A DNA stretch of 64,000 nucleotides from an uncultured Acholeplasmatales bacterium. Lineage in GTDB: Bacteria; Bacillota_I; Bacilli_A; Acholeplasmatales; Anaeroplasmataceae. A program made the position numbers and the translations under genes. Below, one piece after another: positions 52,307 to 61,626 of this stretch (position 1 is the stretch's first letter; each line of letters starts with the position of its first letter). The DNA lies in the NCBI GenBank assembly GCA_944324795.1, contig CALUXR010000008.1, positions 5,753 to 69,752 on the forward strand, read 5' to 3'. The notes beneath the pieces are model-generated. The model was not told the origin of the DNA. It did no database searches and saw only the letters and a program-made list of their open reading frames with translations.

Positions 52307-53002
52307 AAGAAAATTGTATGAAAATTAAGATATGAAAATAAATAAAAAAATTCGTAAAAGCATATGGTTTAGTAATAATTAGTAACATTAAAAATAGTGA
52401 AAACAATTATGAAAATATGTCAACCTAGTATAAATTAAAGTGAATTAAGATTAATGGGGATTATGAAAATGAGTAACTAAAACATCTAGAATAAGATCTT
52501 AAATAGCTATAATTAAATTGAATGATTTATAAAAATTAGGGTTTCGCCCGGTATTTTTATTATAAATCATGAACATAAAATTAGTTATTTTTTTAATGAT
52601 AAAATAATAATTTGTTAATAAAAATCTAAATAACTTTTTAGAATATTGATCTATATATTACAAACAATAGATTAAATAAGTAAAAACAGACCAATCATTA
52701 TGTATATATAAAAAAGAATAGTAATAATAAAATTTTCGCAGTCTATCTAGTTTTGATAACTAGATGCGATGCAATATTAAACTAGATTTGTTGCCAAATT
52801 TTATGTAAACATTTTTTGAATTATACAAAATTTTTAAAGACAAATAAAAATCGAATTTAGGGATTGGTAGGTAAATGATTTTTCGATTTGTCATTTTTTC
52901 GTTTTTTTAGGAAGTACAACAAAATTCGTTTTTTTGAGTATCGTAAAGAAATCCACATATCCACTTAATTTAAATTATATGATTATTCTTAACTAATTTA
53001 TT

Positions 53003-53030
53003 GGTTAACATAATATATATTATAGGAAGT
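53003..53030 (-). other. dif: dif chromosome-dimer resolution site (XerC/XerD target)
   Basis: The minus strand reads ACTTCCTATAA-TATATA-TTATGTTAACC, a 25/28 match to B. subtilis dif ACTTCCTAGAA-TATATA-TTATGTAAACT. It lies at the coding-strand polarity switch. Confidence 0.85.
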
Positions 53031-53330
53031 AAAATAGATAAACAAAAATCACTAAAATTGATATGAAAAGATGTTCGTTGATGGTGTTTAGTGGTAATTA
53101 TTGATTGCTTTTACTATTTCTTCTATTCTTAAACATACTCATTTGTATCTTGTTGAATATGTTTTTAGCTTATTTTTGTTGAAAAGAAGAAAACGAAAAG
53201 GCGAAACGTGATGATTTCCCCGTGTCGATTGCCTCATTTTGCCATTGAAAATATATTTTGCTATTAGTTTACACTTTGACTTTTATTTCTTCTTCTTCAT
53301 TTACCTTGACATATGTATTTCGCTACTTCG

Positions 53331-53361
53331 TAAAAAAAGACGAGTTTTTATTTCTCGTCTT
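53331..53361 (-). terminator. rho-independent terminator of the Fic-like gene
   Basis: Minus strand: AAGACGAG-(9 nt)-CTCGTCTT followed by a T-run. The stop codon lies in the loop. Confidence 0.75.
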
Positions 53362-54442
53362 CGTCATTATTCATTATTAAATCATATAAGCTCATTTGAC
53401 GACTTGAAGTTGGTTCAAATCTATCATAGTTTGATATCCGAACCCAAGTTGCACTACGACCTACACCATTTGGTCTAATTTTATTTTCATCGCGCATCCT
53501 CTTAAGTGTTCTATCGATTGTTGATTCTGATACATAAGGATGTTTAGCTCTAATTTCATCTTTAGTAAATACTTCTCCAAGTTTTAAAATTGTATTTTCA
53601 ATGTTAAATGTTTTCGCAATGTTTTTATCAAATTTAGTATCTGAAGCTAGTTTATCAACTTTTCTATATCCATTAATTAACACATCAATTATAAAATTAT
53701 TTAGTGGGGTTGTTTTAGCATAACCATCTACCCAATTAAAATTAGCCTTAGAAACTAGTGATTTAAATTCTTCATATTCTTCATAAATCATTTCAAAAAA
53801 TGAAACATAATGGAACATCTTAAACTGTTCTTTTAACAATAACAAATAGATAATTAGCAATCCAATTTCCCAATTTCCTTCTGTAAATGGAGCTATATTT
53901 AAAAAATCTATGTAAAAATTTATTACAATTTCTGTCAATTCATATTTGCCTGAATTTATTAATTTTATATATTTATTTAATAATTCCTCCATTTTTTTAC
54001 GCCTTGATTCATGCTTTTTCTCTTCTATTAGGTTAACTTTTACAACCACATTTTCTGTTACATAGGCAATTTGTTTCACTTCTTTAAATATTCTAATTCC
54101 AAGTCTTAAAAATTCATTGCTAGTTAATTCTAATTTATCTGATTCTTCTGCTACAATTTTAAAGACATTTTTAATATTTTTTAATATTTTTTCATCATTG
54201 TTTTTTGGATTTGAATCTTTTTTTATTAATAATTTAAATCTATTGTTAGTAATATTTAATTTCATTATTTTACCAAAATAGAAAGTATCACGTTCAACCG
54301 TTTGTTTAATTATTTGTGATAAACTACCTTTTAGAATATTTTCAAAATAGAAATCTTTCCCTTTATATTCGTATAATGTAAGTAATTTCATCATGGTTTC
54401 GTTTGTTATTTGTAAGCGATCCATGTTATTTAAACAATTCAT
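53348..54442 (-). CDS. Fic-fold protein with a degenerate active-site motif and C-terminal wHTH
   Basis: The architecture resembles ~370-aa Fic proteins. The position of HPFxDGNGRxxR reads APFTEGNWEIGL. The C-terminus is STIDRTLKRMRDENKIRPNGVGRSATWV (wHTH). GAGGTG RBS. Confidence 0.7.
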   Translation of the reverse strand: MNCLNNMDRLQITNETMMKLLTLYEYKGKDFYFENILKGSLSQIIKQTVERDTFYFGKIMKLNITNNRFKLLIKKDSNPKNNDEKILKNIKNVFKIVAEESDKLELTSNEFLRLGIRIFKEVKQIAYVTENVVVKVNLIEEKKHESRRKKMEELLNKYIKLINSGKYELTEIVINFYIDFLNIAPFTEGNWEIGLLIIYLLLLKEQFKMFHYVSFFEMIYEEYEEFKSLVSKANFNWVDGYAKTTPLNNFIIDVLINGYRKVDKLASDTKFDKNIAKTFNIENTILKLGEVFTKDEIRAKHPYVSESTIDRTLKRMRDENKIRPNGVGRSATWVRISNYDRFEPTSSRQMSLYDLIMNNDEDEK

Positions 54443-54460
54443 TTTCTCACCTCTATTACA

Positions 54461-54517
54461 ATTATAATAAAAGTTAATTTCTAAATCAATATAGTCATTT
54501 TTAAAAAATGACTATAT
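54461..54517 (-). promoter_or_regulatory. promoter of the Fic-like gene with an abutting 29-bp palindrome
   Basis: Minus strand: TTGATT (54484-89), 17 bp, TATAAT (54461-66). The perfect inverted repeat ATATAGTCATT-N7-AATGACTATAT spans 54489-54517 and touches the -35. Confidence 0.6.
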
Positions 54518-54529
54518 TTAGTTTTTAGT

Positions 54530-54567
54530 TATGAAAAAGAAAAAAACTTGACATTTTGTCAAGTTTA
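54530..54567 (-). terminator. rho-independent terminator of the kinase gene
   Basis: Minus strand: AAACTTGACA-AAA-TGTCAAGTTT followed by TTTTTCTTTTT. Confidence 0.8.
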
Positions 54568-56211
54568 ATTTTTATCATCTGTGTAAAATATTGAATCGCC
54601 AATGAATTCTCTTAAAATTGAATTGCATGGAACCCAACGATCTTGAATATCTTTAAAATATTTTAAGAACTTGATTAAACGGTTCGCAGCTATATAATGA
54701 GGACTAGTTGAAGGTATCTTTTCTAATAATGGTAAAGCATATTTTTTCATTACACAAAGTTCATATGTAAGCTCACTATTATATACATAATCTGCTTTTT
54801 CTTGATATGGATAAATCCATCTAAATTCTCCTCTTCTTACAGATGGCCAAATAGCTAATGTTTTTTCGCATTCATAATTTCTATAATTATGATCTCTTAC
54901 CATACGTCTTATTAATCTAATGTCTGAAATACTTATAGGATTTTGGTCGTCTATATGTAATTGAGCTTGTGGAGCTATATAAATACGATATTTTTGTTCT
55001 GACGGAATTGATGGAGTTAAATCATCATTTAAAGCATGAATTCCTTCAATCATTATTGGCTGATTTTTACCAAGTTTAACGGTTTTACCAATTTTACGAC
55101 TGCTAGTTTCAAAATCAAAATGTGGCAATGTTACTTCTTCTCCAGCGATTAAACGATACATATGTTCATTAAATAATTCGCGATCTAAAGCATCAATATG
55201 TTCTAAATCTGGTTTTCCTTCTGCGTCTTTAGGAGCTTTATCCATTCCTAAATAATAATCATCTATTGATATCATTAAAGGCTTAATTCCACGACTCATA
55301 AGCTCTATTTTAAGTCTATTTGTAAATGTGGTCTTACCACTTGATGATGGGCCTGCAATAGCGATTAATTTAATATCGTCAATGTTCTTTTTAATTGTTT
55401 CGCCAAGTTCAGCAAGCATATTGTTATGTCTTGTTTCACAAATGTTTATGAATTCTAAGGCTTTTTTATCTTCTATAATTTGGTTCATTTGAGAAATATA
55501 ACTAGCTTCTACGATATTCCCCCAATTATTAGCCTCTCTAAGTGCATGTGTGAAAACAGGAGCATCTTCAAATTTAGGAATTTTACCACCAGCTTCAGCA
55601 CGTGGGTATTGAATTAAGAAACCAGGTGAATAAAAACGTAATTTATAGTCTTTAATATAGCCTGTTGAAGGTAACATATAACCAAACATGTAGTTTTTGT
55701 AATCTTTACATTCATAAATATGAACAGTATCTTCGGGACGATATTTTAAGATTTTAACTTTATCTTGATATCCCTGTGTTGCGTAATAGGCTTCTGCTTC
55801 TTGTTTAGTTATAGTTTTTCTTTTAATTGGTAAATCAGATTCGATTAATTCTTCTAGAACTTGCTCAATCTTTTTTAAATCAACCATTGTAAATGCTCTA
55901 TTAATGTTAGAAATTGAAGCAAAAATCGACCTTGAAATGCTATAATTGTATATAATTCTAGCGTTTGGGAAAACTATTTTTGTAGCCATAGCAATTAAAT
56001 ATCTAAGTGTTGATTGATAAATCCTACAGGCATCAGAATCAGTCAAATCTAAGAATTCTACGCTAGCATCACTATCTAAAATGTAATCTAATTCGCGAAT
56101 TCTATTGTTAACTTTAGCTGCTTGGTAATGTCTATCATTTTTTTCTAATAATTCATGTAATCTTATTGGCTTAGTAAATTCTAAGCTTTTATCATTTAAT
56201 TTAATAATCAT
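54565..56211 (-). CDS. uridine/nucleoside-kinase-family P-loop kinase with an N-terminal TGS/ThrRS-like extension
   Basis: The N-terminus IKLNDKSLEF...AAKVNNRIRELDYILDSDASVEFLDL is TGS-like. The Walker A IAIAGPSSSGKTTF plus a uridine-kinase/PRK-like core occupy the C-terminal half. 548 aa. Confidence 0.7.
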   Translation of the reverse strand: MIIKLNDKSLEFTKPIRLHELLEKNDRHYQAAKVNNRIRELDYILDSDASVEFLDLTDSDACRIYQSTLRYLIAMATKIVFPNARIIYNYSISRSIFASISNINRAFTMVDLKKIEQVLEELIESDLPIKRKTITKQEAEAYYATQGYQDKVKILKYRPEDTVHIYECKDYKNYMFGYMLPSTGYIKDYKLRFYSPGFLIQYPRAEAGGKIPKFEDAPVFTHALREANNWGNIVEASYISQMNQIIEDKKALEFINICETRHNNMLAELGETIKKNIDDIKLIAIAGPSSSGKTTFTNRLKIELMSRGIKPLMISIDDYYLGMDKAPKDAEGKPDLEHIDALDRELFNEHMYRLIAGEEVTLPHFDFETSSRKIGKTVKLGKNQPIMIEGIHALNDDLTPSIPSEQKYRIYIAPQAQLHIDDQNPISISDIRLIRRMVRDHNYRNYECEKTLAIWPSVRRGEFRWIYPYQEKADYVYNSELTYELCVMKKYALPLLEKIPSTSPHYIAANRLIKFLKYFKDIQDRWVPCNSILREFIGDSIFYTDDKN

Positions 56212-56620
56212 TTATTTCATTCCTTTCATAGTTTTTAATATTATTAAAATTATTTTTAATAAGCATTATATATAATATTTAAAATTAATTAATCTAGTTT
56301 TAATAACTATATGTCTTTTGAATTTTTTTGATCCGTTTTCCCGTGCTTATATTTTATAATATTTAAATTAAAAAATAAAGATAATATATTTTGGAATAAA
56401 TCTTATTTTAATTATTAGATTTAGTAATGTTTAAATTAAATTTTTACATATTATTATTAGATAACATAATTATTAAAACTAAATATAAATTGAAATTTTT
56501 TGTTTTTTGGTATAATTTTTAAAACTAGATATAAAATATTAAGTATTCTATTTTTGTTGTTTCAAAATATATGTTCTAGTTTTTAAAACTATTTTTGTTA
56601 TAAAAAAAAGATTTGGCAAG

Positions 56621-57742
56621 CTAGTCACCAAATCTAATCTTATTATTATATAAATCCTCCATATAACGATATGTTTCTTCACCTAAATCTAAATAAACTT
56701 CTGCTCTACTACCTGCTTCATCAATTATTAAGGCTGGATTATATGCTTCTATGGAAGTTATATCTTCCCATTCAGAATCACTAAATATATCATCATAAAC
56801 AACTTGCAATGTTGGACAATAACCAACTGCTTCAGTATTTATATAACTATTTTCTGCATCTAAAATAAAATCAATGAATTTGTAGGCTAATTCAGTTTCC
56901 GCACTTGTAATTGGAATTACCATACCATCATAAAACACATTGTTAGCGTTAGTTGGAGCATAAATACTATAAGTTTCAGCATTTTCTGCTGTATCACCTT
57001 CTGTATCTGCATAATATGCATCGAAGAAATCACCTGAATAAACTAATGCTACATCGCAATTCCCGGCTGCAACATCAATTTTTAAATCATCTGTACCCCA
57101 TTTTTGAAAATTTCTACTACTTATTAATTCAGCACATTTAAGAAGCTCTTCTTCACTAGTTGTGTTTAAACTATAGCCTAAGTAAAGCTCCGCACAAGCA
57201 AATGCATCTCTTGATGAATCATACATACCAATTTTTGCACCTTCAGGCAAAACATCTTCATAAAACACAGCAAAGCCATATTCCTCAATTATTTCCCCTA
57301 TATTAGGAAAATTCTTCTTACTATACATTATACCAAGACTACCCCAAAAATAAGGAATATAGTAGCTTTTATAGTGTTTATTTTGATTATTTGACATAAG
57401 TGTATTTAATTCACTAACAAACATATCAGGCTCATAATTTTCTAATTTTGAATAATCAATTTCTTTAAGCAAATTATTCTTATAAAGTTTATCAATCATA
57501 TAATCTGAAGGTATAACAATATCATAAGGTACTCTCCTATTTAAAATATCATTATACATATTTTCATTACTAGATGTAGTAAGTTCAGTTACAATACAAT
57601 CGTTTTCTTCTTCAAAAGCAGTTATTAAATCATACGATAAATAGTCCTGCCAATTTAAAATAATCAATTCTTTATAATATGAACAACTACTTAAAATTAA
57701 TATTGATATTAACATATATAAAATACATACTATTTTCTTCAC
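56621..57742 (-). CDS. potD: spermidine/putrescine ABC transporter substrate-binding lipoprotein
   Basis: LSSC lipobox, SBP family 1 fold, last gene of the pot operon; 373 aa. Confidence 0.8.
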   Translation of the reverse strand: MKKIVCILYMLISILILSSCSYYKELIILNWQDYLSYDLITAFEEENDCIVTELTTSSNENMYNDILNRRVPYDIVIPSDYMIDKLYKNNLLKEIDYSKLENYEPDMFVSELNTLMSNNQNKHYKSYYIPYFWGSLGIMYSKKNFPNIGEIIEEYGFAVFYEDVLPEGAKIGMYDSSRDAFACAELYLGYSLNTTSEEELLKCAELISSRNFQKWGTDDLKIDVAAGNCDVALVYSGDFFDAYYADTEGDTAENAETYSIYAPTNANNVFYDGMVIPITSAETELAYKFIDFILDAENSYINTEAVGYCPTLQVVYDDIFSDSEWEDITSIEAYNPALIIDEAGSRAEVYLDLGEETYRYMEDLYNNKIRFGD

Positions 57743-57837
57743 ATTTTTAACCCCTTAAAACTTGAACTGTATAACTATAAGCATTCAAGTTTAATAATTT
57801 TTAATGTAATTTAAACGTTTTTTAGTTACTTGAACAG

Positions 57838-58665
57838 CTATTTTACATTCTTTTTCTTTCTTAATGAAATAAATTCATATCCGAAAACAACAATTAAAGT
57901 TATTAAAATAAGCAACGTATTATAAGCACACGCTTGATTCCATAGGCCATTCCTTAAGGTTTTTAAACTTCCATATAACCAAGTTGAAAAATTTTGTCTT
58001 TTTCCTGTTACAAAATAAGTAATTATAAAGTCGTCTATACTCATAGTAAATGCTAATAAACCACCTGTAAAAATACCAGTTTTAACATTAGGAATCACGA
58101 TTTTGAATAGTGTTTTTGTTGGCGAACATCCTAAATCCAAACTTGCTTCATATAATGAACTATCATTCATAGTATTTAATTTAGGTAAAACACTTAAAAC
58201 AACATATGGTGTTGAAAACATTACATGAGCTATTAAAGTAGTTGTAAAACCAAAAACACTTCTACCAAAAATCATTCCAACTAATTGAAATATAACTAAT
58301 AGAAACACTGCCGAAACAATATCTGTATTTAATATTGGTACGTTATTTAGCATTATTATTCTTCTTTTAGCCACTTTGCTTAAACTATGTATACCAATGG
58401 CTGAAAATGTTCCTAATATTATTGAAATCAAAGTACTAAAAAATGATATTTGTAAAGTATAAATAATGGAATTCATTAAGCTTCTTGACTTCCACATTGC
58501 TATATACCAATCAATAGTAGGCTTTGTCATAGATAAACCGAATTTATCACTTGAAATGCTAGTTAAAGCTATAACTATTATTGGCAAATAAGTAATTAAT
58601 AAAACAATTACTAAAAAAGTTATTGCAATTGCTTTAATTAGATAATTTTTAGTTTTCTTATTCAT
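57838..58665 (-). CDS. potC: spermidine/putrescine ABC transporter permease
   Basis: 6-TM permease with an EAA loop (EASLDLGCSPTKTLFKIVIP); 275 aa. Confidence 0.85.
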   Translation of the reverse strand: MNKKTKNYLIKAIAITFLVIVLLITYLPIIVIALTSISSDKFGLSMTKPTIDWYIAMWKSRSLMNSIIYTLQISFFSTLISIILGTFSAIGIHSLSKVAKRRIIMLNNVPILNTDIVSAVFLLVIFQLVGMIFGRSVFGFTTTLIAHVMFSTPYVVLSVLPKLNTMNDSSLYEASLDLGCSPTKTLFKIVIPNVKTGIFTGGLLAFTMSIDDFIITYFVTGKRQNFSTWLYGSLKTLRNGLWNQACAYNTLLILITLIVVFGYEFISLRKKKNVK

Positions 58666-59507
58666 AGTAAAGTTTCTCCTTCCTGGTCAACTCTACTAAT
58701 TAAATAAATAGATGATAGAGTAAATATTAATATAAATAAACTCATTAAACTTCCAACATTGTACTGTGGACTAGAAGACATAAATTGTCTTTCAATAAGT
58801 TGTCCAAGCATCGCATAATTAGGATCACCATCAGTTACGATTTGAGGAATTGTAAAACCCATCGCACATGGTAAGAAGACCATAATAAAACCACTAAATA
58901 TTCCTTTTAAACTTAATGGAAATGTAATTTTAAAGAAAGATTTAAACGGTGATGAACCAAGATCATTAGCCGCTTCTATTAAGGTGTGATCCATCTTTTC
59001 AAGCACTGTGTAACATGGGAATATCATAAAAGGTAAATAAACAATAGTCATTACTAATATAATTTTTAAGCTTTTATAATTCGTTAAATCAATTGATAGA
59101 CCAAACGTGTTCGATAAAAAAGAATTTGGCTTAAATAAATTATTTAAGGTTTGAATTCTAAGCAACATATTAGTCCACATTGGCATAATAAAGACTAATA
59201 ATAGCAAAAATTTATATTTTGATTTCATTTTTGAAATTATATAAGCTATCGGATAACCTATTAAAAATGTCAAAATTGTTGATATTAAAGCATAGCCAAA
59301 TGAACGTAAGAATGCTTTAAAAAAGACTGTTGAAAAAGCTTTTGATGCATGTGTTAAACTAAAAGCAAATTCATCAAATTTAAATGTATAAGTTGAGAAA
59401 CTATTAGTATTAGAAATACTAAATATTATCATCAAAATGATTGGAATTCCTGTTAATATAAGAAGCCAAACGATATAAGGAATTGCTAAATTTTTATATT
59501 TTTTCAT
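58662..59507 (-). CDS. potB: spermidine/putrescine ABC transporter permease
   Basis: Permease with an EAA loop ([20 protein letters not shown]); 281 aa. Confidence 0.85.
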   Translation of the reverse strand: MKKYKNLAIPYIVWLLILTGIPIILMIIFSISNTNSFSTYTFKFDEFAFSLTHASKAFSTVFFKAFLRSFGYALISTILTFLIGYPIAYIISKMKSKYKFLLLLVFIMPMWTNMLLRIQTLNNLFKPNSFLSNTFGLSIDLTNYKSLKIILVMTIVYLPFMIFPCYTVLEKMDHTLIEAANDLGSSPFKSFFKITFPLSLKGIFSGFIMVFLPCAMGFTIPQIVTDGDPNYAMLGQLIERQFMSSSPQYNVGSLMSLFILIFTLSSIYLISRVDQEGETLL

Positions 59508-61035
59508 TTACTTTCATTAGATGGATTTCATATGGATCAACCATCAATCCAATCTTATCTCCTTCATGGAATAATTCATATTTTCTAATAATAAATGTTT
59601 CTCCTTCTACTAAGGCAGTAATTTCAAAATGAATTCCTTTAAATATAACTTTTTTAACTTCACCAATCAATTTAGCTTCTTCTAATGGAACAACATCAAA
59701 ATCTTCTGGTCTTATTACAACATCAACTATTTCACCGTCGTTAAAATTTTCATCAACACATTTAAATTCTTTACCTAAAAACTTAACTGTTTTATTTCCT
59801 AAATATGTTCCTTTAATAATATTAGATTCACCAATAAAGTTCGCAACAAAGCGATTTTTAGGTTCATTATAAATATCTTCTGGGGTTCCTATTTGTTGAA
59901 TTAAACCACCATTCATTACTACAATTGTATCACTCATTGTCAAAGCTTCTTCTTGGTCGTGTGTAACAAAAACAAATGTAATACCTAATTTCTTTTGCAT
60001 TTCTTTAAGTTCATATTGCATAGCTTGTCTAAGTTTTAAATCAAGAGCCGCAAGAGGTTCGTCAAGTAATAAAATTCGTGGTTTATTAACAATGGCTCTA
60101 GCTATTGCGACACGTTGTTGTTGGCCACCAGACATTTCATCAATTTTTCGGTATTCAAAACCTTCAAGTTTAACAAGTTTTAAAGCGTTTAATACTTCTT
60201 CTTTAATTTGTTTTTTATTTTTCATTAATGATTTAGCTGATTTTATTTCTAAAGCTTTATTTTTTAAAGCTTCTTTCTTTTCTTTTTCTAAAGCAGTTAA
60301 TTTAGTCCAATCAGCTACATTTTTTAATTTTTTAATTTCTGACTCATATTTTTTATATTCTTTTTCTTCTTTAGCACCTTTACTAACTGCTTCAGCAACT
60401 AAATTATCAATTTCTTTAAGCTTTAATTTAGCTTCTTTAACTTCATCATCTTTGTCCCATTCAATATCTATTTGTTCATCTAATTTAGCAATTAAAGGCT
60501 CATATTTAGTTTCAACTTCTTGAAGTTTTTCTTCTATTAATCTACTTTTTTCATCTAACACTTCAGTTTTAATTTGCCCTTTTAGATGCTTTAACTCAGT
60601 TTTTAAAGTTAACTTTTCTTCTTTTGTTATATTTTTAGCCTTTAATTTATTTTCAATGATTTTACGTTCATTTTCATATTTTCGACTAACATTAGTTTTA
60701 ATATCTGATATAGTTCTATTAAAATTACGAAGTCCAAAAGCAACATTATCAAACACATTTAAATGTGGAAATAATGCATAACGTTGAAAAACCGTATTTA
60801 CCGGCCTTAAATGAGGTGGTACATCATTAATTTTTACCCCATCTAAAATCACATCACCATTATCAGTTTCCTCAAACCCTCCTATGATCCTAAGTAAAGT
60901 AGTTTTACCACAACCAGAAGGTCCTAGTAAGGTGATAAATTCATTTTCATTAATATATAAATTTAGATTGTTTAAAACTAAATTATCTCCAAAACTTTTT
61001 GAAATGTTTTTTAATTCAATCAATTTTTTAGCCAT
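59494..61035 (-). CDS. potA: spermidine/putrescine ABC transporter ATPase with a ~170-aa Lys/Glu-rich coiled insertion
   Basis: I prefer the ATG at 61035 (GGAGGAAATATG). Walker [29 protein letters not shown], and a C-terminal TOBE-like domain. The insertion is about 60214-60720. Confidence 0.88.
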   Translation of the reverse strand: MAKKLIELKNISKSFGDNLVLNNLNLYINENEFITLLGPSGCGKTTLLRIIGGFEETDNGDVILDGVKINDVPPHLRPVNTVFQRYALFPHLNVFDNVAFGLRNFNRTISDIKTNVSRKYENERKIIENKLKAKNITKEEKLTLKTELKHLKGQIKTEVLDEKSRLIEEKLQEVETKYEPLIAKLDEQIDIEWDKDDEVKEAKLKLKEIDNLVAEAVSKGAKEEKEYKKYESEIKKLKNVADWTKLTALEKEKKEALKNKALEIKSAKSLMKNKKQIKEEVLNALKLVKLEGFEYRKIDEMSGGQQQRVAIARAIVNKPRILLLDEPLAALDLKLRQAMQYELKEMQKKLGITFVFVTHDQEEALTMSDTIVVMNGGLIQQIGTPEDIYNEPKNRFVANFIGESNIIKGTYLGNKTVKFLGKEFKCVDENFNDGEIVDVVIRPEDFDVVPLEEAKLIGEVKKVIFKGIHFEITALVEGETFIIRKYELFHEGDKIGLMVDPYEIHLMKVNEKI

Positions 61036-61043
61036 ATTTCCTC

Positions 61044-61577
61044 CTAAAAATTTGGGGGACAAGAAACCCAAATTATATGTGCTTCATCCTCACCAATATT
61101 TTCTATATAATGGGTTTTATCAGTTTTATAATAATAAGATTCCCCCATTTTAATTATCTCTTCTCTATTGTCATAATGAAGTTTAATAATTCCTTTTATG
61201 ACATATCCAAATTCTTCACCTGGATGCGGATAATCAATATCAGTTTTACCATTTTTTCTTAAAATTACATAAATAGGTTCCATCCTTAAAGACTGTGCAG
61301 ATGGTACGAGCCAGGATTGAACATAATCTCCATAATCTTTATCTAGCTGTTCTTCTTCACTAAATTTAATTTGTATATTTTCATCCTCTTTAAAAAAAGA
61401 CGAAAAACTGAACCCTAAAGCATCTAAGATGATTTTTAAAGTTTCGATTGAAGGATCAGTTTTATCATTTTCAAGTTGTGAAATATAACCTTTAGTAAGT
61501 TCACATCTATCTGCTAATTCTTCTTGTGTTAAACCTAAAAGTATTCTTTTTTCTTTTATTTTCTTACCGATTTCCAT
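61044..61577 (-). CDS. XRE-family HTH plus cupin-domain transcriptional regulator
   Basis: N-terminal HTH_3 ([32 protein letters not shown]) and a C-terminal cupin ([10 protein letters not shown]...). It ends 8 nt before potA. Confidence 0.85.
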   Translation of the reverse strand: MEIGKKIKEKRILLGLTQEELADRCELTKGYISQLENDKTDPSIETLKIILDALGFSFSSFFKEDENIQIKFSEEEQLDKDYGDYVQSWLVPSAQSLRMEPIYVILRKNGKTDIDYPHPGEEFGYVIKGIIKLHYDNREEIIKMGESYYYKTDKTHYIENIGEDEAHIIWVSCPPNF

Positions 61578-61606
61578 TATTTCACCCCGTTTTATAATTT
61601 TAAACT

Positions 61607-61626
61607 TTTAGTAAAAAATTACTAAA
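61607..61626. promoter_or_regulatory. 20-bp palindrome (candidate operator) in the pot-operon leader
   Basis: TTTAGTAA-AAAA-TTACTAAA. It lies just downstream of a minus-strand TTGTTT-17-TGtTATAAT promoter (-10 at 61630-61635) and about 30-50 bp upstream of the regulator ATG. Confidence 0.45.

Noticed and set aside
52746-52766. ATCTAGTTTTGATAACTAGAT palindrome in the terminus tract, 19/21 identical to 56292-56312 upstream of the kinase gene
   Set aside because: My rough estimate is that 19/21 matches are expected by chance many times in 64 kb of DNA this AT-rich. The flanks do not align.
52801-52810. TTATGTAAAC, identical to the B. subtilis dif XerD-arm core. Also TTAGGAAGT at 52908-52916, which resembles the XerC-arm end.
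   Set aside because: Neither has the partner arm at the right 6-bp spacing, and the first is inverted relative to the real dif. I mention them only as possible relics, not as functional sites.
53239-53478. 79-aa plus-strand ORF overlapping the 3' end of the Fic-like gene
   Set aside because: It has no RBS, gives a low-complexity Phe/Leu-rich translation, and overlaps the minus-strand terminator and CDS.
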